A stretch of 64,000 nucleotides of DNA, from contig OU015567.1 in NCBI GenBank assembly GCA_907165135.1, positions 6,944,001 through 7,008,000 of the forward strand. The letters are read 5' to 3'. Position 1 is the first letter of the stretch. Each line of letters begins with the position of its first letter. Origin of the DNA: Oikopleura dioica (lineage: Eukaryota > Animalia > Chordata). Shown one piece after another: positions 25,659-37,257 of this stretch. Both the position numbers and the translations under genes were made by a program. The notes under the pieces were generated by a model. That model was given only the letters and a program-made list of their open reading frames with translations. It made no database searches and was not told where the DNA came from.

Positions 25659-27069
25659 ATGGGTAAGAGAAAGTCAGTTTCATTCGGCGAGCCGCAAGTC
25701 AAGGAATTCACAAGAGACGAGGTTGAGGGTTCAAAGAAAGAAGATGCTCCCGCGAAAATTCGCAGAAACAATCGAGTTATTGAAAACACAGACTTCGATT
25801 TTGGCACTGCCGATCAGCGAGCAGAAAATCAAAACTTCGTCAATGAAAAAGTAAGATCTTCTTCTTGAATTCCTCTTAAAAATAAGGGGACGCGGATGAA
25901 AACAGGTCTGCATACAATCGATTCCGACGACGAAGAAGAAAACGCGCAGAATGAGAAGAAGCTCAAGTACAAAAAGCTCGATATTGAGAAAGTGCAGGGC
26001 TTGGAAGCCGACACCTATCACGACAACCTCGACGAAGATGGTAACATGATCACAGGCTTCAATCTCAAAGACGAAGAAGAGGAGGGCGAGTTTGACTCGA
26101 CCGGACAGTTTCACTTCAAAAAACGAGATGGTAAGTTAAAAAATCAGTTTTCAAAATGAACAAGCTTTTCAGATCGCGATGAGTGGCTCGACACAGTCGA
26201 CTGGAAAAAGATCAAAAACAAGGAAAAAGAGGAAGAAAGCACGAAAATGGAAGAAGACGCGAAGCCCGACGAAGACGAAAAACTCTCTGAGCGGGAAATT
26301 TTAGAAAAGATCGTTGCAAAAATGAACCCAAAAGAAACCGTGACGAAATGCCTTCAAAGACTTGGAAGTGGCGCTTCAGCTTCAAATATTCCAGCTTGGA
26401 AACAGAAAAGACTCGATAAACTCGCAAAGGTTCGCCTTTTTTCTTTTGAAAATTTGTCGACTGAAATCATAGAGGAAAGCGGCCGCCAAGGGTCAAAACG
26501 CGAGCACTTCAAAATACGAGGTTAAAGAAGAAGTGAACAAGGAAGAAGTGGCACAGCTCACGAATCTTGTTGACCAACTGAGTCGACGGGGCTACTACGA
26601 TATCTACACTGATACGTATGAGAAGATCAAGCATAAAATTAGCTCCATGCCTGCGGATGAAGGTTAGTTTTTGAGAAATAGCTGATGCTTGATACATTTG
26701 CAGACGATGTGCTGGACATGTTTGGCGAGGCAATCGAAGGCGGAAAAAGCATCGCTGAACAAGCAACAGCAGAAGTTGGCCTTTCTGACTCGGACACCAA
26801 GTGGGAGTATAAATTCAAAGACAAGGACGACGATATCAAGGGCCCTTTGTCAACGCAGGAAATGGAGCGCGTAAGTCACCAATTTTTTAAAGCAAGTTCC
26901 ATTTGTTATTATTGCATTTTCAAGAGCTTTTCTAAAAACTACTTTATCCATTAACAATGTGTTTTAGCTGAAAGATACGCACAAACAAGCAGCCGATATC
27001 TTCTGCCGTCGCACCAATTCGGGCAACACGTGGTACAGCATAAAACGCGTCGACTTTGACTTGTGGTAA
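25659..27069 (+). CDS. CD2BP2: CD2BP2/U5-52K (GYF domain)
   Basis: TIDSDDEE, ITGFNLKDEEEEGEFDSTGQFHF, DEWLD, ETVTKCLQRLG, LTNLVDQL..RGYYDIYTDTYEKI, DMFGE, WEYK..GP, RVDFDLW*. Confidence 0.92.
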
Positions 27070-27152
27070 AATGACCACTTCGCTTTCACTGCCTCAGTTA
27101 TTTAACGAGTGACCACATGTAATAAATAATTCTGGAAAATGAAAATTTCAGA

Positions 27153-28528
27153 ATGGATTTTCCAAAGACTGAAAAGCTGAAACTTGAACTTTTTCCAAAA
27201 GGGCTTCATTTTTCTATTTCTGAACTTCTTCTCGAGTTAGTTAATGAGCAGGAGGAGTTTTCCAGGGCATTGAAAAGGGTTGAGCTTCTTCGTGATGTCG
27301 GTTAGTTACTGTTTTTTTTAACAGGCAAAGCATTTCTTAGCGCACGATCAACTGAACGCTGGAAAATACTCTGACGTTGACGTTAAATGGCGGCGCGCTT
27401 ACTATCTCTTCTCATTTGTGGAGGCGTTTTGCAAATTTCGCATGAATCAGAGCTCCGTAGAAATTTTGAAGAGCTGCGATGAAGGGCTTCTAATGGGAGC
27501 ACCTGTTGACGGATTCAGTATACATGACATTATCGCAGCGACGCGTCCAGCCTACAGCTCTGACGACAAGCCGTCAATAAACTGCTCAATTGAGGAGCAA
27601 AACGCATTGCCAGCTTTGAAGAACCCTATTACGCGTTTGTCGCGGCTACCGACTTTAGAGGAATGGATAAATATCCGGATGGCGGGAAAACCAGTTCTTA
27701 TCAGTCAAGGCGCCTCCTCCTGGCCGGCGGTGGAAAAGTGGAGCTTTGAGTTTCTCTGGGAAAAGCTCAAAGGACGCACAGTGCCGATTGAAGAAGGCGC
27801 TAAATATACAGACGAAGATTGGGGACAAAGACTCAGAACTTTCGACGATTTTCTTCGCTCGATTTTCAAAAAGAAGGAGGAAAAGGGGATCAAAAGCTAT
27901 TTGGCTCAGTAACGGGTTTTGAATTAATCTGCAGCCTGTAGCTTGTTGAACAGAGTACCCTTCTTTCGAACTTGATACTTGACTTTCTTTTGCTTTTCTT
28001 TTTGCGGTCGAAACAGGGAACCCTTAGTGCAGCATCCGCTTTTGGAACAGGTGCCCGAATTGTATGATGACATTGAATTTCCTGACTACTGTTTTACCAA
28101 TTCCTCCGACGACCCTGAAGGTATCCAATTTAAACAGCCTTTCAAATCGTTTGTTCAAGTGAATGCATGGATAGGCCCAGCCGGGACAGTTTCAAGCTTG
28201 CACACGGACAACAAGTTCAATTTGTTCGCCCAAATTCGCGGAAAGAAATACTTTGTTCTCGCCGACCCAAAATACTCTTCCTTGATACCTACTGTCAGCA
28301 AGGTAATGTTCAATTCAAGCAAGTTGGAAGTCGAGGACAAAGAGGTTTGGGACAATTCTGGGGTGGTCTTTGAAGATTGCATTGTCCAAGGTATTTTTGA
28401 CACCCTTGAAAGAGTCTTTTGAAGATGATTCTATTTTAGAAGGAGATCTTCTGTATATACCAAAGCTGTATTGGCACTATGTTCGCTCATTGACACCGTC
28501 AATAAGTCTGTCGATTTGGTTTGAATAA
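27153..28528 (+). CDS. KDM8: JmjC protein JMJD5/KDM8
   Basis: CDEGLLMGAP, KPVLI..WPAVEKWS, RTVPIEEGAKYTDEDWGQRL, YLAQHPLLEQVPEL, NAWIGPAGTVSSLHTD, GDLLYIPKLYWHYVRSLTPSISLSIWF*. Confidence 0.94.
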
Positions 28529-28928
28529 AACAAAAACTAGTTCACTTTCGTTTGCTAGAAAATATTAAGAACTAAAAATCGAAGACGTTGTTAGTAGTGC
28601 GCTGGATAGAATGCTCTTCACCTTCAACTTGAGTAATTCTGGCGTCCGCAAAGGGCACCACGAATCAGAAAAAGCTGATCGCTGCAGGTCGAAAAGGCCG
28701 TGAACTTCACCTATCCGAATCGATTTGTCTGAACGACTCAGTTTTCAACGGAAAGTCCCTGTACTTGGATTTGACGGCTTGTATGCAATCAAGTTGAATA
28801 ACCAGCGTTTAGTTACACCCCTTCGAACCATATACAATCGAAATCTTTATTTTCATATAGCTAGTAAAGGAGCAACAAGTTTGGGTTTTCATGTGGCCGC
28901 GAATCTGCAAGAGTTCTTTTTTTGAAGT

Positions 28929-31715
28929 TTATGCCACAGAAAGAACAGTACATGAATTGACCGGAGTCAGCATAATAATTGGTTTAAAGATATATTTTTC
29001 GTGAAAGCCAATTGTTTCCGTTTCCATAATATTATCTCCGTCTTTAAGATCAGTTGACGAACAAGTTTCGTCCTATATTTTGTCAAGAGAAAGCTATCTA
29101 ATTCAAAGTAAATTTCTTGAGAATCGATCAACCTTTCCTAATTTGAGACGTTGGATAAGTCTAGTGGATTCATAGCTCTCTCCTGGAAAAAGATAAATGT
29201 TCATGTTGTCGACAAGAAGCGCAGAGCCAAAGTAATTTATCTAAAAAATAGATTTTTCATCAAAAAATAATGATGAAAATATCTCTGAACAAAGTACTTA
29301 GATTATCTTTGTAATGATCATACTTGTAGTAAAAAACCCATTATTTTCCAGCCAGATTCATTGAGCACCCAAGTCTCACTTGTGTATACTTCTTCTTTGG
29401 TATCATAACCTCCCAAGGTCGCAATATTTCCTGATGGCAATGTGACTGCACAATGATCTGTAATCTGTCTAAAACAACACTCGAGAAAAATCGCAAAACA
29501 TAAAAACCTTTCATGTTTTGTGGTAATTTTCCATCCGATTTGAGTCAAGGATTCAGTATTTCCCTTTGTCGAAGAACCGTAAGGCACTTCACCGCCGGTG
29601 ATTGTTGGAAGTCCTTGATGATAACCGATTGCTCCTCTCCAGTGTGACTTCGTCGTTTGGAATGGAAGAGGTCTGACATCTGTGCCATTAAAGACATCGC
29701 AATTTCTTTGTGCGAAGTTTTCCGCAGTCGACTCAAAACAAACGAGACCTTCGAAAACAATATAAATCATCGGGTTTATTCTACTACCTTCAGTTCCATT
29801 TGTTATTGAAAGAGCTGTACTTCCGGCCCAATATTCCCTAAGAAGTCGACTACGAAGAACGGAAATTTGGCATCCCTCTAGTCGCATAATCTAATGGCGG
29901 TGCTTGTCGGGAAGAATTTAGCTTTTCAATAGGTAGGCCTCGGACGAAAAAAAATCGACCCCTTCAAATCGCTTAGATGCTTAGGAAATTCTTTGAAGAG
30001 GGTGTAGATCAGGCCAAAAGAACCCTTAAAACCAAAAAATATCAAAAAAAAATTATGATTTTTCGAGAAACTTTCAAAAAATTGAGATATTTTTCGAGTA
30101 AGCTATAGAAAAACGCTTATATGATCCTGTTCCGGACGAATTTTGGTCTTGCTACGTAAATATTAAGAAAGCCTATGAAATTTAGCCAGCCAAGTATATC
30201 CAAGCAAAGCCTAACCCAGTCAACTAAGCTCAGCCCAGCCAGGCCTAGCCTTACCCAGTCAAGCCGACCCTAGTCAAACTCAGGTCAGTTATGCCAAGCA
30301 AAGCCCAACCCAGCCAGGCCCATCAAGCCCAGCCTAGCCAAGCCCAGACAAACTTAGCTAAGTCAAGTCAAGCCAAGCTTATTCATGTTGATTCTATTCT
30401 TACCGCCCAGCCTAGCCCAAACAGCCAAGTTTAGCCAAGCCTAGTCTAGCTAATCATAGCTCACAAGTCAAGCTTCGCCAAGCCCAGTCGAGCCAGGCCA
30501 GCAGAATTAAGGGGGAGGTCGACGAGAATAAGAATTCTAAAAACAATTTTCCCGAAAAACCCGATTGTGTAAGTTTATTTTGTCTTCTCGATTGGGAAAA
30601 GAAGGGTATTAAGAATCTATCGGCAAAGAGTTTCGCGAGTCTTCGCAGAAATTTCGTGCACTTCTTTACCAAAAGTGTCCGAAAAAAAATGACGAAAAAA
30701 TCAGAAAATTGCCAAAATTGCAATTTGGGGTCCACTTTGAGACAAATTTTCGACCATATTTTTTGGTCAAAATTTTATCTCCAGGTGAGAAGAAAACCTT
30801 TTTCCGATGGAAAGAAAATTTTTTTCAATAAAAACGGGTGTAGGGCGGCCACGTTCGCAATTTGCGAACGCCGTTCGTAGTTCTGCGAACGCCGTTCGCA
30901 ATGAAATAAAATTGTGTCGCGAGAATGCGTTTCGCGCATTTTCTGGTAGAGAACTCATTGCGTTGGCAGGGGCAGTCTTTCTCTACCGCTGGGACACATT
31001 TTGAAAAAAGAAGAATTCGATTTTCGACCGAGATTTTTTCGATTTTGCGAACGCCGTTCGTAAATTGCGATCGCCGTTTGCAATTTAGCCGTTGCGAGCG
31101 AGGCCGCCCGCCACCCATTAAAACAACCAAAATAATTTGCTTAAAATTGAGTCGAAATTTAGATTCTCGTATATTTCGTTGAAAAATATAATTCACGACG
31201 AGCACCGCCTTAAATGCAGCTGAACAAATATATTCATATGCTTATTTACTATATGTTTATCGTCAAAGCCGCCAAAGAAATGCACCCGACCATTCACAAT
31301 AGCTGTTTTCGTGTATTGCAAAAAGTTTTTAACACTTTCCGTTATATTAATTCTGGCATTGACGCTTTTAAAGCCATCTCCATTTAGTGCGTACTGTTGT
31401 GGTCCTTCGTTCTGATGATTTATTATCGCAGAAATTTGGTGAAGTCGATTTTTGAAGAAATAAACATTTCTTATTTCGGTTTTTTTGTCGAATTTGAAAA
31501 CTCTTATCCTTTTCTCTTTCATTGCCCGAATATCCTCCATTTCTATACGTGCAATTTCGGCTTCTTTTTCATCGTGAATTAAGAATAATGACGAATTATT
31601 TTTGAGTTGATAAACAAATTCAAGTGCCGTCCAGTCGATTCCGAGAGTTTTTCGAGGACAAGATTTTGATCGAAAAAATCTGATGCGATTCCGATTGAAC
31701 GATTCTTGAAGATTT
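28929..31715 (-). CDS. Kelch-like/beta-propeller protein (5' end unresolved; apparent 1-nt frameshift near 29188)
   Basis: VNGRVHFFGGFDD, CDVFNG, HWRGAIGYHQGLPTITGG, DHCAVTL..IATLGGYD..TWVLNESGW, and C-terminal FKPIIMLTPVNSC. IYLF and PGES lie in different frames at a T4 run. Confidence 0.55.
30180..30500. repeat. Degenerate 5-mer (AGCCC/AGCCT/AAGCC) low-complexity repeat, intronic
   Basis: Runs such as AAGCCCAGCCTAGCCAAGCCCAGAC. Confidence 0.75.
30836..31116. mobile_element. MITE-like element, intronic
   Basis: GGGTGTAGGGCGGCCACGTTCGCAA and TTGCGAGCGAGGCCGCCCGCCACCC form imperfect TIRs. Internal TTGCGAACGCCGTTCG repeats. Confidence 0.6.
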
Positions 31716-32334
31716 CAATTTCCAAAAAGGATCTTTCGTCGAAAAATCTAAATTCCAGCATTTTTGCTGCTTTATTTAAGTTGGTTTTCATCTACGGAGC
31801 CATATAATGCTATTCTTTGAGGGGCAGTTGTCTGAAACCGACAGAAAAATCCCTACGATTTTTGTCATTTTTCTTTGAAAAGTTTAACAGTTTTTATTGA
31901 AGCGTCTTTTTCTGAAAATTTTTGTCGGGCTTTTTTTGTCGATTCCAGACGCCGACCCTCTTTGAAATGCCATAATTTTATTTGGGACTCTTTCCTTCAA
32001 CTCAAGATGTAATTTTCGCGTTTCGTTGAAATTGAGTTCGAATGAAGTAATATGAAATAATGACTCCTGGAAAGATAGAAAAGGGGAATCAGGAATAATC
32101 GACAATGGATATGGCGGAGATAAACTACTTGCTTTTCGAGACTCTAACAACGTCCATTTACAATAAGATTTTCTTAGCTACCCAGACGATCAAAGACACC
32201 CTTAAAAGATTTACGTTTGAGCCTTGGCTAATTGTGGAAAAGACTGGAGGTCTTTGGGAACAGCGTTTTTGGCGAAGTTGGGAAAGACATCATCATGAAA
32301 AGTGAAATACGGGTTGCTAGTTACATACATATTA

Positions 32335-32775
32335 TTAGAGGCCTCTTGTTGCTGAAACTCCAGCTCGATTTTCTCTAAGAGAAGGATCAAAATATTTATG
32401 AAAATTTAAGGGTGGATCATTAAGATTTGCAGTAAGATCCTTTCCGAAATCAAAGAACATTTCAAAAGTTGAGTCGAAGACAGTGTTTTGAATGTATATC
32501 CGATCGTTGTTCGAAAACGCGTTGACGAAATACTCACACTCATCGTTATTGCTTCCAAATGGATTCGAATAAGCGAAATCGTCTGGAGCATACAAACCAG
32601 AAAAACACCGCGCGTCTCCGGCGTATTTGATCAGTGATCCAACCCATTCACTTCCGAGTGTAATAAACTTGCCTTCTTTTTCGAGAAGCAACGAGTACTG
32701 CATGTTAGAGAGAACAATGCTTCTAGTGACAAGAATGAGCATCAATTGACCAAGGTCAACCTTTTTAAGATTCAA
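32335..32775 (-). CDS. Hypothetical protein (single open segment)
   Basis: 146-aa ORF with aromatic-rich, protein-like composition. No family recognised. Confidence 0.35.
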   Translation of the reverse strand: MNLKKVDLGQLMLILVTRSIVLSNMQYSLLLEKEGKFITLGSEWVGSLIKYAGDARCFSGLYAPDDFAYSNPFGSNNDECEYFVNAFSNNDRIYIQNTVFDSTFEMFFDFGKDLTANLNDPPLNFHKYFDPSLRENRAGVSATRGL

Positions 32776-33032
32776 AATTAAGAGTAAAAGACCTCATATG
32801 CGTAGAAAAGGTGCATCGGGGTGTGAAAGATCTACAATGAATTGTCGCGAAGGAATTTTTGAAAAAAGAATTCGCGAGTCTGCTTCGCCTGAATTTATGA
32901 AAGATCGTAAATATAATATCTACGGTTTTTCAAAAAGCCGCTTCGCGGCATTTAATAAGAGATATTAAAGACCCTGATGCAGGTTTTCTACACAGCTTGC
33001 CGAGCTTTGATCAGAGAACTACTGAAGATTTA

Positions 33033-35828
33033 CTATCGAATCCATTCCAGAGGGATCACATGAACTGGCTCGAAATCTCGGAACATAGCAGGAAGAGCTA
33101 TTTCATCTTTGCGCCAGCCTTTTTCGAATTCTTCCGTTGGCCTAATCGAATTGAGGGCGATTGTCTTGGAAAGAGTTATCCAATTCATGCGCAGCCTAAT
33201 GCTCATCAGGATGAAAGCTCCGTCGTAACTGACGGAAGAAGTTTTTGCGTTGAAATGGTTGCTTGCAATCCAGCCCTGAGCTGATTCGAATCTGTTTATA
33301 TTATAATCCGGTGCATAATAGTAGCATTTGTCAGCACGGTATTCTGGAGAACTTCTTTTGGTCAAAAATGCTTTTCGAGTGCAAATTTAAGCTATTGATA
33401 TATATTTTTTTTATCAAATCATATAATTATGTTCATATGATTTTCGTTCATTTTAAGTTTAGTATCCTGATGAAGTCTTTAAAATAAATGAAAACAATTG
33501 ATACATATCATTTGATCTTTGTTAGCTATTGAGTAATGTTCAATACCTTTATTTTCGACCTTTTCAAAGAACAACTACGGGAAAAACTAGTGTGTTTTTC
33601 TCCTTATTTCTTATTTTGATCTCGTGGGTTCCGATCGACGATCGAAAATGGAATTCGTAGTCGCCAGTGCTGAAATGATGATTTAACTAAGGAAAGTGTA
33701 CTGGGAAAAACCATAAGTCAAAAAAAGTTATTATTATTTAAATAAATCTCAAAGAATATTAAGGAGGTAGTCCCTTCTTTTTGCGATCTCGGCACTTTTT
33801 GAACAGCGCTCCAAAAAATTCGCGCTGGGATTGAGGGATAAAAACTCTACGAATAGCAAGGTCGAACCCTGATGAAAGTTTGAATTCACGGAAAAAAGTG
33901 CGATTTTGGGGTTTTTCCTCTTACATTTGGAAAAAATGATCAACAGAAAATCTTTAGCTCTTCTAACGAGCTTTCAGAATCTGCTAAGAAAATTTGAAAA
34001 TTCCGATTTTTTCAAAAGCAAGGACTAACCCATTAACGTGATTTAAAAATTTAGATTTCTGAAATTTATCAATTTTCAATAATTATTTTTAATAAATTAC
34101 TTCGTTTTTAGTAAAATTTGTCGTAGGATTCGTTTTTTATTTTCGGACTATTTTCGTCCCCCGATTTCCAAAAAAGTCAGGAATTTTTGCCTACATCAAA
34201 AAAATATCGACGAATCCCCGCGTATGAGCACGGGACGAAACGTACATTCGAATGTCATTTAAGCAAAAACTTGAATAACTCATGAACCGCTCGTCCGATA
34301 TTCGGAATATCATATTCCTAAAATTTTCTTGTGTCCCACTCAAACCCCTTATAATCTAAGAAATGTCCTGAAATAAGGAATCCGGAAACTCGGCAACAAA
34401 CTGTACAACGAGTTTCGTTAATTTCCTCCAGGTTTGAGCTTAGAGCTATCGGAGTCTGTAACCAAAATTATACAATAATTAAACTTTAAGAGCCCGTTAC
34501 TGCAAAAACAACTTCCAAACCTATGGTGAATACGATTTTCGATAAAGAGCGATTCATGTCCGTCTTCGCGAATCCGCTTCAAATTCCCCTTTCGATCGAC
34601 CAAGTAATGTTCTCCGTTGAGAAATGTAGCTCCTATTGCCTTTTTCGTTTTTTTCTTAAAATTGATTTCTGTCTCAATTAATTAATTTATTCAAAAAACG
34701 TCCATAATGATTTAAAGGTGCACTTGTTTGGTCGACGAGTATCTGAGTTGAAGTAAGAACTCGAGTTTGATCAAAAAATCTAAGAGTCCCATTTTGAATC
34801 ATCTTTGATTCTGAGTCTTTTGGAATTTTTTAAAAGTGACAGGTATGAATCTGACGGCATTTAAATATATTTTAATAATTCCCTTCTTTTTCTGTTTCGG
34901 TTTTTCGACTATAATTACCGCTTTTAAAATCAAAAACAGGAATATATTTCTGATCCTTGTCGGTTTTTTCGCATTTATAGAAAGGGCAGGGACATCCTTT
35001 TATGCAATATTTTTCGGTTGGACAGGCACCCCCAGCTGATTTAGTTAACCCGAAGCAGATGTCTTCACAAGGTGAGATTGAATGCGTCTTTGATGATCTC
35101 AAAATAAGCGTGTTGGAGCAAAGATGGCGGCAAACTTTTTGGTCCAAAAACTGTTTCTTTTTGCAGCGGTACAGATTCACTTTATTTTCTTCATCAGTAA
35201 ATTTGATCGGCTCAGTTTCTTGTGGCATGATTAGGGAAATCGGCTTAGGAAGAATGAATTCTTGAGTTTCGTGGCATTGCTTCATCAGATGGCCGCAAAG
35301 GTCCATTGACTCGATTTTAACGCATTCTTTGTAGTTTCGGTGGCAGGTTGAAGTCAAGAAAGTCGTTACTGCTTGCAAGCTTTGAAGCGAGAACCAATTT
35401 GCTAAAAAATGTCTTGTTTCGAAAGTATTAATGATCCATACTTATAAGGATGATGGTTATCCAAAAAAGTGAGCCAGTTAATAGATATGATGCCAGCTGA
35501 GGGTTCGTCGAGAAACCATGCTTTCCGAGCGTCAATTTTTGTTTTATCCTTCTCTTTGTCATTCCTTCCATTGTCTTTTTCGTCCATGTCTTCTCTTTCT
35601 TTGATTGTATAATATCATGCTCTTGAGTATGAATGCTTCTTATGGTTAGAACTTCTTGAGGCAATAAATACACTTTTCTTTCCTTTTGTCTCAAAACGCC
35701 AATGCAATCGCAGTCAAGACACTTTTATTAAGTTTAATTCTCTAAATTTTTATTGAAATCATTGTTACCTGTATTCTTGTTTGATAAATTTGACCCGCCA
35801 TTTTCTCATTCTCTTCTTCTATTTCCAT
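33033..35828 (-). CDS. Predicted type-II membrane protein with Cys-rich region and degenerate propeller
   Basis: In-phase exons CLDCDCIGVLRQKE...YLLTGSLFWITIILI (TM) / TNWFSLQ...CPTEKYCIKGCPCPFYKCEK. The link to the 33033-33365 segment (SNHFNAKTSSVSYDGAFILM) is tentative. Confidence 0.45.
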
Positions 35829-35960
35829 ATCGAAAATTATCGAAGGGGATTCTGAGACGAAAAATTGAGCGACGCTTGCTTTTAACGCCGAAAACCACGA
35901 CTGCTTGACTGACACTTGGACAGTTTCAATTCCGTTTTCATTCCCAAAAAGGTCGCAAGA

Positions 35961-36376
35961 ATGTCAGATGCTACTCTTAATCTTTGTGAGCGCTAGCAAT
36001 AGCAATTTTATGCAGACATAAGGCAAAAACGAGTAAAAACTTGCCACGACGCCGGTACCGTCTTCAATATCGAGCTCAACGACCAGTGCGGAAAACTCGT
36101 TCCGAATATCGTTGAACAAGCAACAGGAGAAGCTGGCCATTCTGATTCGGACACCAAGTGGGAGTATAAATTCAAAGACAAGGACGACGATATCAAGGGC
36201 CCTTTGTCAACGCAGGAAATGGAGCGCGTAAGTCACCAATTTTGAAAAGCAAGTTCCATTTGTCATTATTGCATTTTCAAGAGCTATTCCAAAAACTGCA
36301 CTATCCATCCCATTTAGATTATTTCTAGCTGAAAGACACGCACAAACAATTTTTCGCCCTGGAGAGAGTCTTTTGA
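35961..36376 (+). CDS. Candidate chimeric ORF (94 aa): novel N-terminus fused to a duplicated CD2BP2 GYF fragment
   Basis: Exons 35961-35985, 36016-36227 and 36329-36376 join in phase: MSDATLNLYIRQKRVK...VEQATGEAGHSDSDTKWEYKFKDKDDDIKGPLSTQEMERLKDTHKQFFALERVF*. Confidence 0.4.
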
Positions 36377-36775
36377 AGATGATGTTTTAGAAGGGGATCT
36401 TCTGTATATACCAAAGCTGTATTGGCACTATGTTCGCTCATTGACACCGTCAATAAGTCTGTCGATTTGGTTTGAATAAAACAAAAATTAGTTCACTTTC
36501 GTTTGCTAGAAAATATTAAGAACTAAAAATCGAAGACGTTGTTAGTAGTGCGCTGGATAGAATGCTCTTCACCTTCAACTTGAGTAATTCTGGCGTCCGC
36601 AAAGGGCACCACGAATCAGAAAAAGCTGATCGCTGCAGGTCGAAAAGGCCGTGAACTTCACCTATCCGAGTAGATTTGTCTGAACGACTCAGTTTTCAAC
36701 GAAAAGCCTCTGTACTTGGATTTGGCAGCTTGAATGCAACCAAGTTGAATAACTAGCGTTTAGTTACACCGCTCG
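36112..36775 (+). pseudogene. Local duplication of CD2BP2 3' part (about 26755-26990) joined to KDM8 3' end and downstream DNA (about 28410-28820)
   Basis: Long near-identical stretches including intron sequence. Junction near 36350-36360. Confidence 0.9.
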
Positions 36776-37257
36776 GGTCCAGGTTCATCAGAAAAAAAAG
36801 AGTGGGTCAAAGAAGCTCGAAAACTCGCCAGAAATGACCCGATTCTTCATGAACCACGGGAATTATTAAAATTCAGGAGTCGCTACTTTGGTATTCATTT
36901 TCATGGTCTACTCTTGGGGATTTGTCCCAAGCTCCAATACTAATATTATGCTACTGAATTCCCCTGACCTAAAAAAGCACAGGAACTCTGACCGAGGAGC
37001 AAAAACAAAAAACAAACCGCAGACTGAACAGCTGATCCTAGATCATCAAGTAAAAATGGCCACGAAGTTTTTTCTTTTTGATATCATGACAGCTCCTACT
37101 CAGCGAGGGTGGCGCTCGCGAGCTGCGCGCTGCTCCGACGTTGGTGTCGGTTTCTCGCCGATTTTCTCGGAGGAGCGGAGGCGCTACTGTTTGACTTGAA
37201 AGAGTGAAGAAAGAGATAACTGAGAAAAAAGAAGAATGGAATGATCGAGAAGAAAGA

